NCBI GenBank assembly: GCA_963804165.1
Contig: CAWDPO010000010.1
Coordinates: 192,001 to 256,000 of the forward strand
Direction of reading: 5' to 3'
DNA length: 64,000 nt
Origin: an uncultured delta proteobacterium
GTDB taxonomy: Bacteria > Desulfobacterota > Binatia > UBA9968
Shown: piece after piece, positions 33,584-42,949 of the stretch
Numbering within the stretch: the stretch's first letter is position 1
Layout of the letters: each line of letters begins with the position of its first letter
Made by a program: the position numbers and the translations under genes
Notes under the pieces: model-generated
The model's input: only the letters and a program-made list of their open reading frames with translations
What the model was told of the DNA's origin: nothing
Database searches by the model: none

Positions 33584-33653
33584 TTGGAGTGATGGAATGA
33601 TGGAGTGGTCGTGGAGTATTGGCGGGACCCACTCCAATACTCCAGCACTCCAA
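33584..33653. repeat. Octamer-repeat hairpin (TGGAGT.. / ..ACTCCA) upstream of moxR
   Basis: ttggagtgatggaatgatggagtggtcgtggagtattgg ... ccactccaatactccagcactccaa. Confidence 0.75.
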
Positions 33654-33668
33654 CTTTTTTCCAGTTAT

Positions 33669-35093
33669 TCACTTCTTCGCTTCCTCCAATGACAGAAAAT
33701 AATTCTTAATCGTCTCTTTGAGCCCTTCCGGCACGCGTTCGGAATTGAGATCTTGCTCCGCTTGCCGACGGTAGGACGCGACGATCTCCGCCTGCGATAA
33801 TCCGCTCTTACCCGGCGTCGGTTTGCCCTTGAGCATCAAAGCGCTGCTGTCACCCTCGCCGAGTAAGCCTTTGACTTGAGTCGATGCGCCGCCGCGAAAC
33901 TCCGGCAGCGAACGGAAATCTTCATCGCGTTTTCCCGGTTCTTTGCCCGGCAAATTGCTGTGCGTCTTTTCCCTAGCACCGTCGGTGGTCGAGTCTTGGT
34001 CGCCTTTTGCGCTGCTGCGCGCGTAATTTTCACCCTTTTCGCCCCGCCCTTGCTGCATCATCTGTTCGAGGTATTTTTGCGCATCGATGAGCGACCGCCG
34101 ATCGAGCTCGCCGCTGACTTGTTGGTCAAGCTGGTCGAGAAACGATTTGACATCGTTCTGACCCGGGCTTCGGCCGTCGCGCTGCGCTTTATCGAATTGC
34201 CGTTTGAGTTGCGGCAAGGCCGCTAACCGTTCCATCCAGCGCTGCCCCAACTCCTGTGTTCCTTTGACTCCGTCGGGGAGTTGCGCCAAGTCGCGCATCG
34301 CCTCCACCTCGGCTTTGAGATCCTTGAGGCTTTGCTCGCTTTCAGCCGTCGAGAAGTAATTCTTTTCGGAGCTTGACTTTGCCGCCGCTTCAAATTTTTT
34401 AGCGACTCCGGCCAATTCCTTCTTAAACGACTCGTCGGCGGTTTTGGTTTCGATATTCTTCTGTGCGGTTTTCTCAAGTTCCCGGCTTAACTCTAACGTG
34501 TCGCGCAATCCTTGATCCCTGGCCTTGTCCTGGAGCTCGCGGGAAAAGTCGCGAAGCTTGTGCGCCAAAGTTGGCGGCCCCAAAGGGCGCCCTTGATCAA
34601 TATTTTGCCGATCGAAATCGAGCCAGACGAGCGCAAACCAGAGAGCAAATAACGGCGCGGCGACATACGCCGGCCAGCTCCAACGTCGCGGCAACAACGC
34701 GCGCGGGTCGACGGCACGCAGTTTTTCTTGAGCTTGTTTCAAAACGAAGAGCGAGGCGGGTCCGCCTTCTCCGCGTGCGGACAACTCCCAGGCGGTGATC
34801 GCAAGCTCGTCGAGCTTAAGCGTCTTGTCCAAGCGAACCAGCGCCCGCGCGGCGTCCGCGCGGCGCCAACGCGCGCGATAGAAAAACCATGGCGCCAGTC
34901 CGGCGAGCAACACGGCGGGAGTCACCCAGCGCAGCCCCTCGCTGGGCAGATAGACGTGCAACGGTAAAAAGAGGATCGCCAGCGCGAGGGCGCAGCATAA
35001 TACCGCGACGAGAGTTTGCTCGCGCCGTTTGCGGCGCTCCCAGCCCAGCAGAGCGACAAGTTTGTTCTCGAGGATTTCCATGGCCGTGCTCAC
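33669..35093 (-). CDS. Membrane-anchored coiled-coil protein of the MoxR/vWA operon
   Basis: Two N-terminal TMs, RLDKTLKLDELAITAWE, third TM, long heptad region, Gly/Lys-rich linker, C-terminal ERVPEGLKETIKNYF. Confidence 0.8.
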   Translation of the reverse strand: MSTAMEILENKLVALLGWERRKRREQTLVAVLCCALALAILFLPLHVYLPSEGLRWVTPAVLLAGLAPWFFYRARWRRADAARALVRLDKTLKLDELAITAWELSARGEGGPASLFVLKQAQEKLRAVDPRALLPRRWSWPAYVAAPLFALWFALVWLDFDRQNIDQGRPLGPPTLAHKLRDFSRELQDKARDQGLRDTLELSRELEKTAQKNIETKTADESFKKELAGVAKKFEAAAKSSSEKNYFSTAESEQSLKDLKAEVEAMRDLAQLPDGVKGTQELGQRWMERLAALPQLKRQFDKAQRDGRSPGQNDVKSFLDQLDQQVSGELDRRSLIDAQKYLEQMMQQGRGEKGENYARSSAKGDQDSTTDGAREKTHSNLPGKEPGKRDEDFRSLPEFRGGASTQVKGLLGEGDSSALMLKGKPTPGKSGLSQAEIVASYRRQAEQDLNSERVPEGLKETIKNYFLSLEEAKK

Positions 35094-35836
35094 AGCAGCG
35101 GTTCGCGTCTAAGCGCCCAGCGGTAAAGGCTGTACCCCGTAGCGCCCAGCAGGACGTGAAAGACCAGGTGCGTAAACGTTCCCGGCAATTGCATGCCAAA
35201 TATCGTGAGCGGCTGCAACTCCTCGCGGCTCAGAAAAGCAAGCACGAACGCCACCGGGTTCAAGGGCAAATAGAACAAAGCCGAAAGAATCACCAAACAG
35301 GTAAAAAAACAGCGAATAAAAACCTGCCGGCTTTCCAGGCGCCGCTCCCACAACGCCAGGGCCGTCAGGCCCCACACACTGTAATTCACCGCGTAAAACG
35401 GCAACAGCAAAAAGATCACGGCGATACTCGATAACGGTGTGCGCGCAATCGCGCCGGCCCAAACCAAAAACGGCGCGCAAAGCAGCAGCGATAAGCCGAT
35501 GTGGGTGAACAGGAAATTGATCTGAGCGCGCCTTATGGCGGCGATCGGCAGACCGTGGTCACGCAGCCAAATTTTTAACGATTTGAAACGCCACGGGGCA
35601 AATTCTTGATTGGCTACTCGCAACGCGAAATAGACAACGAGCAGCAGCGCGGTCACCGTCGAGACTTTGAACAGGCTCGCCGAACCGCTCCATCGCTGGG
35701 CGTCCAGAGATGGAATATACAAAGAGAGAAACTCGACGGGAGCAAGAATGATCAGGAGGTAGAAGTATACCGCGAAGCCATACCCTTCGCCGAAGTACAC
35801 CTCGATGCTTTCGCGCCAAACCGGATTTTCCCTCAT
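35090..35836 (-). CDS. ABC-2-type permease-like multi-TM membrane protein
   Basis: MRENPVWRE start (ATGA overlap with the upstream stop); about six hydrophobic segments. Confidence 0.7.
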   Translation of the reverse strand: MRENPVWRESIEVYFGEGYGFAVYFYLLIILAPVEFLSLYIPSLDAQRWSGSASLFKVSTVTALLLVVYFALRVANQEFAPWRFKSLKIWLRDHGLPIAAIRRAQINFLFTHIGLSLLLCAPFLVWAGAIARTPLSSIAVIFLLLPFYAVNYSVWGLTALALWERRLESRQVFIRCFFTCLVILSALFYLPLNPVAFVLAFLSREELQPLTIFGMQLPGTFTHLVFHVLLGATGYSLYRWALRREPLL

Positions 35837-37859
35837 TCGTCCTCGCCTCCCGCCAGAGGAAAGATAACTCGGAAAAGCGCGTAGTCCTGCGCCTGAATGC
35901 GCGGATCGTCGACCCGGACGCCTGGCTCGGGGTCTTTCACCCAACCGAAAAAGACCGCCGCGCCGCCCGCCCATCGGCTATCGCCGTCGCGCGGGAACAT
36001 GGACGAGTGAAAAAGGATATCGCGGATCTTATCGGGGAAGGTGACTTCACGAAAGTTGACCGTATCGACGCGATTGAGACCGCCGTCGTCTTTCGCTCCT
36101 GACCTCGTCAGCGGGAAACTCTTGCGCCAACTGGCGCCGCGCGGAAGAGCGCCCAAGTCGAAACGTTGCCCTGGAACCAACAGCCAACAATTGGCCAGAT
36201 CCTTGGCGCTGCGGTTTTCCACTTGCATGACCAATCGATCGCCCTGGGTCTCAAACTCCGTGCGCAATGGGAAGCGATTAACCCGGCGCATGCGGAAGAG
36301 CCGGTAGTCCCACTCACGCAGGGGCAACTGATAACGGCTCGCACCGCCGCTATCCTCGGTCACCACGGCTTGCTCGGCGGCGTCCCGCGCCCGATTCGAT
36401 ACGGGTGTGAGCTCAATCCATCCGCGCTCCATCTGCAAGTCGTACCGTCGGAGCTGGGTTGAAAACAAGGCCAGATTCGCTTGCGCGTCGACGAAGCCGT
36501 CACCACTGCTTTCGAGCACGGTGGAGCTTAAGAGCACGCCGTCCGGGACATTACCGCCGCGGCTGAAATGATGGTAGCCGGCTACCGTGCCGCCCAGAAC
36601 AATTGTCACCAGACCGCTGAGCAACTTGACCGGCGCGAAGCGACGGCGTTGCCACAACCAGGCGATCACGCCAACCACTACAAGATAGCCCACCATGGCC
36701 ACGAACAACGAGGCGGAAGGCACGTAAGTCGAGATGAACGATGGGCTGGCGATGAGCTGGTTGAAAACCGCGTCGTTCCACTCGGTCCGCGGCGCCGGCT
36801 CATCGGCGCCGGTCGGTGCAATGAAACTTTGTAAAAATCGCGGCAGCCCGGCCCATTGGGATAGCGGCGGCCGGCCCACGTCGAGAGCAACGTACAGGAT
36901 CCGGCCGCGGCCACGGCTCGCTTCCACCAACCAGGGGATACCCGCGGTTTCTGCGAGCGCCTTGCCGACGACGACGGCTGACGTTTGCACCCAGACGCCG
37001 GTGATAGCCGCCGCGCGCTCGCCCTTGCCAACATTTGGCGCGAACGAGATTTGCTTGACGCCGGTGACGCGCACCGGCAAAAAGCGGCTGAGCGCCGGCT
37101 CCTGGTAGAGGGCGTAGTTAAGGCTGCCGAAGATAATCATCCTGCCGCCGGCCGTAAGCCAGTTATCGAGTGCCAGCAACTGCGCCCGCGACAGTTCGCG
37201 CAGGGATTGGTCGTAAAAAATCACATGCGAAACGCCGAGCAAAGCTCGCGAGTCGGCCGTCAATTGTTCAGGTGCAAGTGACACCAGCCGATTATGCGAT
37301 CCCGCTGCCAAGGCGAGCGGCGGCAGCGAGCTGCTTTCACTCATGAACAATAGCACCGGCGCGGGGAAAAATAGCGGCGCAAATCCAATTCCCGCGAAAC
37401 TGCAGTTTCAGCGCCGGAAAAAGTAATCTTTACCGGCCTGCTGATAAAATCCGGATCGATGGTGAGCTGAACGCTCTTGCGGGCTTGCGCAGCGAGAAAA
37501 ACCGCGCGCTGGTAATTGACCACATAAGGCGCTCCGCCTTTGGTGGCGCCGCCTTTCCACACTCGGACCTCAAGCATCCCTTCGGCGGGCCGGCCCGTGT
37601 TACTGAGTTCGATCTCCAACGGAAATGGACGCCCGAGTTGAAAAACGCCGTGAAAACCGACCCGCGGCTCGATCACGATCGTCGCCAGCACCGGTGCCGG
37701 GAGAAGAAGATAAACAAAAAGAATTAGGAAATGGATGCCGGCGGAGTTTTTGCGCCGGCGCTGTCGCAGCTTTGCGAAATAGTTAAGGAGCAGAGCCGGC
37801 GCGATACATCGCAGTGACGCGTAGCGCTCTTGAGCAGCCTCTCGGGCTGAAAAGGACAT
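35833..37859 (-). CDS. Exported/membrane protein with GATase-like domain, first gene of the MoxR operon; apparent frameshift near 37365
   Basis: ORFs 37341-37859 and 35833-37356 join as RRYFSP-APVLLFMSE if one C is restored in a C run; signal peptide; LDNWLTAGGRMIIFG; two TMs; start uncertain. Confidence 0.7.
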
Positions 37860-37901
37860 CTTTCCTTTCCAGAAAGGCCCGCCCCACCGGGTAGCAGCGA
37901 T

Positions 37902-38384
37902 CTAATCGGTATATTCCACGCTGAGAATATCGAAAGTACGAACGCCCGTGGGGGTGCGAACCTGAACTTCGTCCCCTTCGCTCTTGCCAATCAAGGCTCG
38001 GGCAATAGGAGAACTGATCGATATTTTACCGTTCTTCGGTTCCGCCTCATGATCGCCGACGATTTGGTATACCACCTTGTCGCCCGTATCACCATCGGCG
38101 AGGGATACCGTGGCGCCGAACACAACCTTGTCTCCGGAAAGCTTGGAGACCTCGATCACCTGCGCGCGCGCGACTTTGTCCTCGATCTCACGGATCTGCA
38201 GGTCGAGCAGCGATTGCCGTTCCTTAGCCGCGTGAAATTCAGCGTTTTCGGAAAGATCGCCATGCTCGCGCGCCTCTTCGATTTCGCGGACATTCTTGGG
38301 CCGCTCGACGCTCTTGAGCCGTTTTAGCTCCTCTACCAAGAACTGATAACCCTTGCTGGTCATCGGGACGCTTGCGTCTGCCAT
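37902..38384 (-). CDS. greA: Transcription elongation factor GreA
   Basis: AREHGDLSENAEFHAAKE, ISISSPIARALIG. Confidence 0.97.
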   Translation of the reverse strand: MADASVPMTSKGYQFLVEELKRLKSVERPKNVREIEEAREHGDLSENAEFHAAKERQSLLDLQIREIEDKVARAQVIEVSKLSGDKVVFGATVSLADGDTGDKVVYQIVGDHEAEPKNGKISISSPIARALIGKSEGDEVQVRTPTGVRTFDILSVEYTD

Positions 38385-38401
38385 ATCCTCGACTCCTCGA
38401 C

Positions 38402-38440
38402 AAAATAAAAACCCCTCGGAATCGCTCCCGAGAGGCTTTC
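38402..38440 (-). terminator. Intrinsic terminator in the greA 5' leader
   Basis: GAAAGCCTCTCGG-GAGCGATT-CCGAGGGG-TTTTTATTTTG ending just upstream of the greA RBS. Confidence 0.75.
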
Positions 38441-38481
38441 AGGAAATCTTCGGTATTTACGCGTTGCTAATTATTGGCGCT

Positions 38482-38509
38482 ATTCTACCAGCAGCGGCGG
38501 CTATTTCAA
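38482..38509 (-). promoter_or_regulatory. Sigma70-type promoter of greA
   Basis: TTGAAA-N16-TAGAAT with extended -10 TGG. Confidence 0.55.
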
Positions 38510-38726
38510 CTGTCCGGGGACTATTGCGAAAACGGCAACGCGACCGCAGCATGGAGAGCTGTAACCACGAGCGCACTGTCATTGAGCAGCAATTGCGGGA
38601 TGTGCACGAGAATGATAGGGCCAGGCTCCGTCGGCCGTGCGCCGATAAATGCGACGGCGCCGGGATCGCGTGGCAAAATGTCGGCAAGTCGGTGGACGGA
38701 GTTGCCGGAACACAGCGGCGCGATTC

Positions 38727-39704
38727 TTACGCCCGTTTGATCGGACCAAACACATGGCAGGCTGCGCCGTGGCCGTCGGCGTCAAAATCCAACGGCGGCT
38801 CGGTTTGACTGCAGAGGGCTTCACGGTAGGAGCAGCGCGGATGAAAGGTGCAGCCCGGCGGCGGGTTGACCGGACTCGGGACGTCGCCTTCGAGCACGAT
38901 GCGTTCTTTCTTGCGCGCGATGTCGGGCATCGGCACGGCGGACAGCAGCGCGCGTGTGTAGGGATGTTTGGCATCGCGGTAGATCGTCTCGCTATTGGCG
39001 ATCTCGACGATCTTACCCAGATACATGATCGCCACCCGGTGGCTGATATGTTCGACCACGCGCAGATCGTGGGAAATGAATAAGTAGGTGAGGTGCATTT
39101 TCTCCTGCAGCTCCTGCAGGAGGTTGATAATCTGCGCCTGGATCGAAACGTCGAGCGATGAGACCGGCTCATCGCAGACGATGAACTTGGGGCTGACCGC
39201 GAGCGCCCGGGCGATCCCGATGCGCTGGCGCTGGCCGCCGCTGAACTCATGCGGATAGCGCGGGTAATGATCTTCGCGCAAGCCGACCTGATGGAGCAGC
39301 TCCATCACCCGGTCGCGTTTGGCTTTGCCTTTGGCGAGCTTGTGGATTTCCAACCCTTCCCCCACGATATCGCCGACGCGCATGCGCGGATTGAGCGAAG
39401 CGTAGGGATCTTGGAAAATAATCTGCATCTCGCGGCGCATATCGCGCAGCTCGCGCTGCGCCATCCCCAAGAGATTCTTGTCGTGGAAGATCACTTCGCC
39501 GCTGGTCGGCTCGATGAGCCTGAGAATCGTTCGGCCCAAAGTGGATTTGCCGCAGCCCGACTCGCCGACCAAGCCTAAAGTTTCGCCTTCGTTGACGGTT
39601 AAGTTAACGCCGTCGACGGCTTTGACGCTGCCCTTGTTGCGCGAGAACAGCCCTCCGCCAACGGGAAAGTGTTTTTTTAAATCGCGGATTTCTAGCAGGC
39701 TCAT
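38727..39704 (-). CDS. oppF: Oligo/dipeptide ABC transporter ATP-binding protein (OppF/DppF)
   Basis: [45 protein letters not shown]. Confidence 0.93.
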   Translation of the reverse strand: MSLLEIRDLKKHFPVGGGLFSRNKGSVKAVDGVNLTVNEGETLGLVGESGCGKSTLGRTILRLIEPTSGEVIFHDKNLLGMAQRELRDMRREMQIIFQDPYASLNPRMRVGDIVGEGLEIHKLAKGKAKRDRVMELLHQVGLREDHYPRYPHEFSGGQRQRIGIARALAVSPKFIVCDEPVSSLDVSIQAQIINLLQELQEKMHLTYLFISHDLRVVEHISHRVAIMYLGKIVEIANSETIYRDAKHPYTRALLSAVPMPDIARKKERIVLEGDVPSPVNPPPGCTFHPRCSYREALCSQTEPPLDFDADGHGAACHVFGPIKRA

Positions 39705-39730
39705 ATTAAAAGGTGCAATGCCGGAATTGG

Positions 39731-39766
39731 CTTGAGAATCGAAAAACGCAATTTCCTATCCTCAAG
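39731..39766. repeat. Short palindromic element related to the one at 60661
   Basis: cttgagaatcgaaaaacgcaatttcctatcctcaag. Confidence 0.45.
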
Positions 39767-40766
39767 CTTCAACGCTCGCTTTCTCCCGGGTCTCCGTGTG
39801 CGGAAAGTGGCACGCGGCGGGATGTCCAGGCTCTTTGTCTTCCAGCGGGGGCTCGATTTGAGCGCAAAGGTCTGCGGCCCTTGGACAGCGGTCACGAAAG
39901 CGGCAGCCGGTCGGAAGATGCAACGGATTCGGCACCACGCCCGGAATGGCATCCAGCCGTTTTTTCTTTTGTCCGGTGGCGCCTGGCAGCGAGTTCAACA
40001 AACCCACCGTGTAGGGATGAAAAGGGTGGTTGAAGATCGCTCTGGTGTTCGCTCGCTCGACGATCTTGCCCGCGTACATAATCGCGACTTCGTCGGCCTG
40101 CTCGGCAACCACGCCGAGGTCATGGGTAATCAGCAACAGCGCCATACCGCCGATCTTCTGCTGCAGCTCTTTCATCAGCTCGAGAATCTGCGCTTGGATC
40201 GTCACGTCCAAAGCCGTCGTCGGCTCGTCGGCGATCAACAGACTCGGATTGCACGACAGCGCCATGGCGATCATGACGCGCTGGCGCATGCCGCCGCTCA
40301 GCTGGTGCGGATAGGCATCGACGCGCGATTCTGGATCCGCGATTTTGACCAGACGCAGCATCTCAATAGTTTTTTGCCGGGTTTCTCGTTTGCCCAATCC
40401 TTGGTGCAACTTGATCGCCTCGCCGATCTGGTTGCCGACGGTGAAGACCGGATTGAGCGAGGTCATCGGCTCTTGAAAAATCATCGAGATCTCGTTGCCG
40501 CGGATTTTGCGCATCTCTTCGTTGTTGAGCGTCAAGAGATCGCGCCCGCGGTAGAGAATTTCACCGCCGACGATTTTTCCCGGCGGCGACTGAATGAGAC
40601 GCATGATCGACAGCGAGGTCACGCTCTTGCCGCAGCCCGACTCACCGACCAAGCCGAGAGTCTTGCCTTCGCCGATCTCGAAGCTCACGCCGTCGATGGC
40701 GCGCACTTCTCCTTCCGGCGTAAAGAAAGACGTTTGAAGATTTTTGACCTGGAGTAGATCAGACAT
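39762..40766 (-). CDS. oppD: Oligo/dipeptide ABC transporter ATP-binding protein (OppD/DppD)
   Basis: [40 protein letters not shown]. Confidence 0.93.
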   Translation of the reverse strand: MSDLLQVKNLQTSFFTPEGEVRAIDGVSFEIGEGKTLGLVGESGCGKSVTSLSIMRLIQSPPGKIVGGEILYRGRDLLTLNNEEMRKIRGNEISMIFQEPMTSLNPVFTVGNQIGEAIKLHQGLGKRETRQKTIEMLRLVKIADPESRVDAYPHQLSGGMRQRVMIAMALSCNPSLLIADEPTTALDVTIQAQILELMKELQQKIGGMALLLITHDLGVVAEQADEVAIMYAGKIVERANTRAIFNHPFHPYTVGLLNSLPGATGQKKKRLDAIPGVVPNPLHLPTGCRFRDRCPRAADLCAQIEPPLEDKEPGHPAACHFPHTETREKASVEA

Positions 40767-40792
40767 GATGGGAGCGGCGCTGCGCAATGCTC

Positions 40793-41594
40793 TTAGGGGG
40801 TTCGGCCTCCACGGACTCGGCTCAACATCCGCGGGTCGAGGATATCGCGGATAGCATCTCCCATAGCATTAAATCCGAGCACTGCCAACATGATGAGAAG
40901 ACCGGGAAAGACTGCCAGGTGCGGATGCAGGCGCCTTCGGGCCCCAATAATCCTCGAAGCGTTCTAGAATAATATGGCTGCCGGAAACCCATTCTTTGAA
41001 TTTGAACGGGCCCGTGCCGATGGGCGCGGTGCCGCCCTTGCCGAGCATGAATTTTCCCGCCACCTCCGGTGGAATGATTCCCGGCAACCCCGTATCGCCG
41101 CCGGTAAACGCCGTCACCATCATCGGTCCGGGCTCGTCGACTGTGATTTTGATTTTATAGCGGTCGAGAATTTCGACTTCTTTGATCTTGCTCATCGCCT
41201 CAAGATTGCGCATGCGCGGCCAATCCTTCGGCGCCTCTTTGCTGCGCCACTCGATATTCGTCTTGATGTCCTCGGCGGTGACCTCCCGGCCGTTGTGAAA
41301 CTTCACGCCCTTGCGCAAATGAAAGATATAAGTCGTGGGATTGGGCTGCTCCCATTTTTCCGCCAGCGCGGGGCGGATGTCGCTGAGAGTTTTGCCGAAG
41401 ACGGCTAAACTTTCGTAGACTTCGGGAAAGAGAATGAAGCGCCGGCCGGGATAACGCGCGTCGAGACGGTCCGGTTCCTCTTTAAAGCCGATCGTCAGCG
41501 TGCCGCCGCGCTTGGGCGTTTGTGCAAAGGACAATGGCAGGAACTCGGCGAGAGCCAGCACACCAATGAAAACGAAAAACCACGCTCGCTTCAT
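40793..41594 (-). pseudogene. Deletion fusion: 5' ~220 codons of a DppA/OppA-family binding protein joined out of frame to the last 46 codons of a DppC-type permease
   Basis: FHLRKGVKFHNG, PIGTGPFKF...RFEDYWGPK, then frame switch to [35 protein letters not shown]...* (40933-40793). Confidence 0.85.
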
Positions 41595-41635
41595 GGTCGC
41601 CTCCAGAACGGGAATGCTACGTCAAAAACTGGCGG

Positions 41636-41665
41636 ATATTACTTTCAGGTTGAAGTTAATGTCAA
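41636..41665 (-). promoter_or_regulatory. Sigma70-type promoter of the truncated dppA, with an imperfect palindrome in the spacer
   Basis: TTGACA-N18-TAATAT; overlapping TTAACTTCAACCTGAAAGTAA is a candidate operator. Confidence 0.5.
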
Positions 41666-41713
41666 GGTAGAGTAGACGAACGATGGCGCAGCGCGACAGA
41701 CTTTTGCTTTTCG

Positions 41714-41767
41714 TTTGGAATGGTTTGAACAATTTGAACGGCTTGAACTTTTTGCACGACTTGAACG
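41714..41767. repeat. Nonamer (TTGAAC-containing) tandem repeat, copy 1
   Basis: tttggaatggtttgaacaatttgaacggcttgaactttttgcacgacttgaacg. Confidence 0.75.
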
Positions 41768-41785
41768 AGTCCGGAGGTCGCCACC

Positions 41786-42880
41786 ATGGGCCGAGTGAAG
41801 AGTTTGGATGAGATCAAAGCGATGATTCGCGAACGCACTGGAAAACGCAACACGTTTCGTCATGCCAAACGGGAAGACGTCGAGTCCGTGCTCGCTAACC
41901 TGACGAGCAAAGACCCGGAGCTTTGGGCGAGAGAATGGTCGCGCATCGCTAAACCCTACGCAGAAGAAGGCGCGAAGTTCGAACAAGCCGGCAAGTTCAA
42001 GGAAGCGCGTGAAGCCTACGTGCAGGCTTACGCGTACTACGCCACCGGACGCTATCCGACACCACATACACCCGAAAAAATGGCCTGCTTCCGCAAGAGT
42101 CTCGAAGTCTACGAGAAGGCCGGTAAGTACTTCGAGCCGCGCTTGGAGCGCATCGAGGTTCCATTCAGCGACAAGAAAATTCCCATCTACGTGCGCGTGC
42201 CTCAGGACGGGCGGAGACATTCGATCGTGATCAATTTCGGCGGCATCGATTCATTCAAAGCGGAAAGCTACGAGTATGACGAAGGTTTGCAGCAAGCCGG
42301 CATGGCGAGCTGCGCCATGGACATGCCGGGCGTCGGCGAATGCCCCGTGAAAGCGTCGCCGACCGCGGAGTCAGTCTTTGCCGCCGTGATCGATTATCTG
42401 GAAAAGCGTTCCGACGTCGACCCCAAGCGCATCGCCATCATGGGCCGGAGCTTTGGCGGCTATTGGGCGGCAAAAATGGCCTATGTGGAAGCGAAGCGCC
42501 TGCGCGCGTCGATCGTCTGGGGCGGCGGCGTGCATTATTTCTTTCAGGAAGACTGGCTGCGCGAGTCGACCAACGCCGACAGTTATTTGATGGATCACGA
42601 CATCGCCCGCTGCCGGCTTTTCGGCGTCGAAAAGTTCGAAGATCTTTTCAAGCCCTGGTCGGAGCTTTCGTTAAAGGATCAAGGCTGGCTCGACAAACCA
42701 TCCTGCCCAATGCTCATCGTCAACGGCAAGCACGACCTGCAAACTCCGATCGACGATCTCTATATCCTATTGGAATACGGCGCGCCGAAGTCCGCGCGTG
42801 TCTTCCCCGGCGGCCATATGGGACAAACTCCGCAGACGTTCCCAACAATCTTGAATTGGCTGAAAAACGAGTTGCGATAA
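41786..42880 (+). CDS. Alpha/beta hydrolase, FrsA / 2,6-dihydroxypseudooxynicotine hydrolase-like
   Basis: GGIDSFK, DMPGVGE, nucleophile GRSFGG, GKHD, GGHMG. Confidence 0.85.
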   Translation: MGRVKSLDEIKAMIRERTGKRNTFRHAKREDVESVLANLTSKDPELWAREWSRIAKPYAEEGAKFEQAGKFKEAREAYVQAYAYYATGRYPTPHTPEKMACFRKSLEVYEKAGKYFEPRLERIEVPFSDKKIPIYVRVPQDGRRHSIVINFGGIDSFKAESYEYDEGLQQAGMASCAMDMPGVGECPVKASPTAESVFAAVIDYLEKRSDVDPKRIAIMGRSFGGYWAAKMAYVEAKRLRASIVWGGGVHYFFQEDWLRESTNADSYLMDHDIARCRLFGVEKFEDLFKPWSELSLKDQGWLDKPSCPMLIVNGKHDLQTPIDDLYILLEYGAPKSARVFPGGHMGQTPQTFPTILNWLKNELR

Positions 42881-42949
42881 GCGCAGCGCACTCCACCCGG
42901 TCTCGCAATTGCCCCCCTCATCGCGTAATCTTCTTATACGGGTCACGCG

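Noticed and set aside
33564-33653. N-terminal extension of MoxR (MECWSIGV...)
   Set aside because: It is the translation of the octamer-repeat hairpin; the RBS-supported start is at 33563
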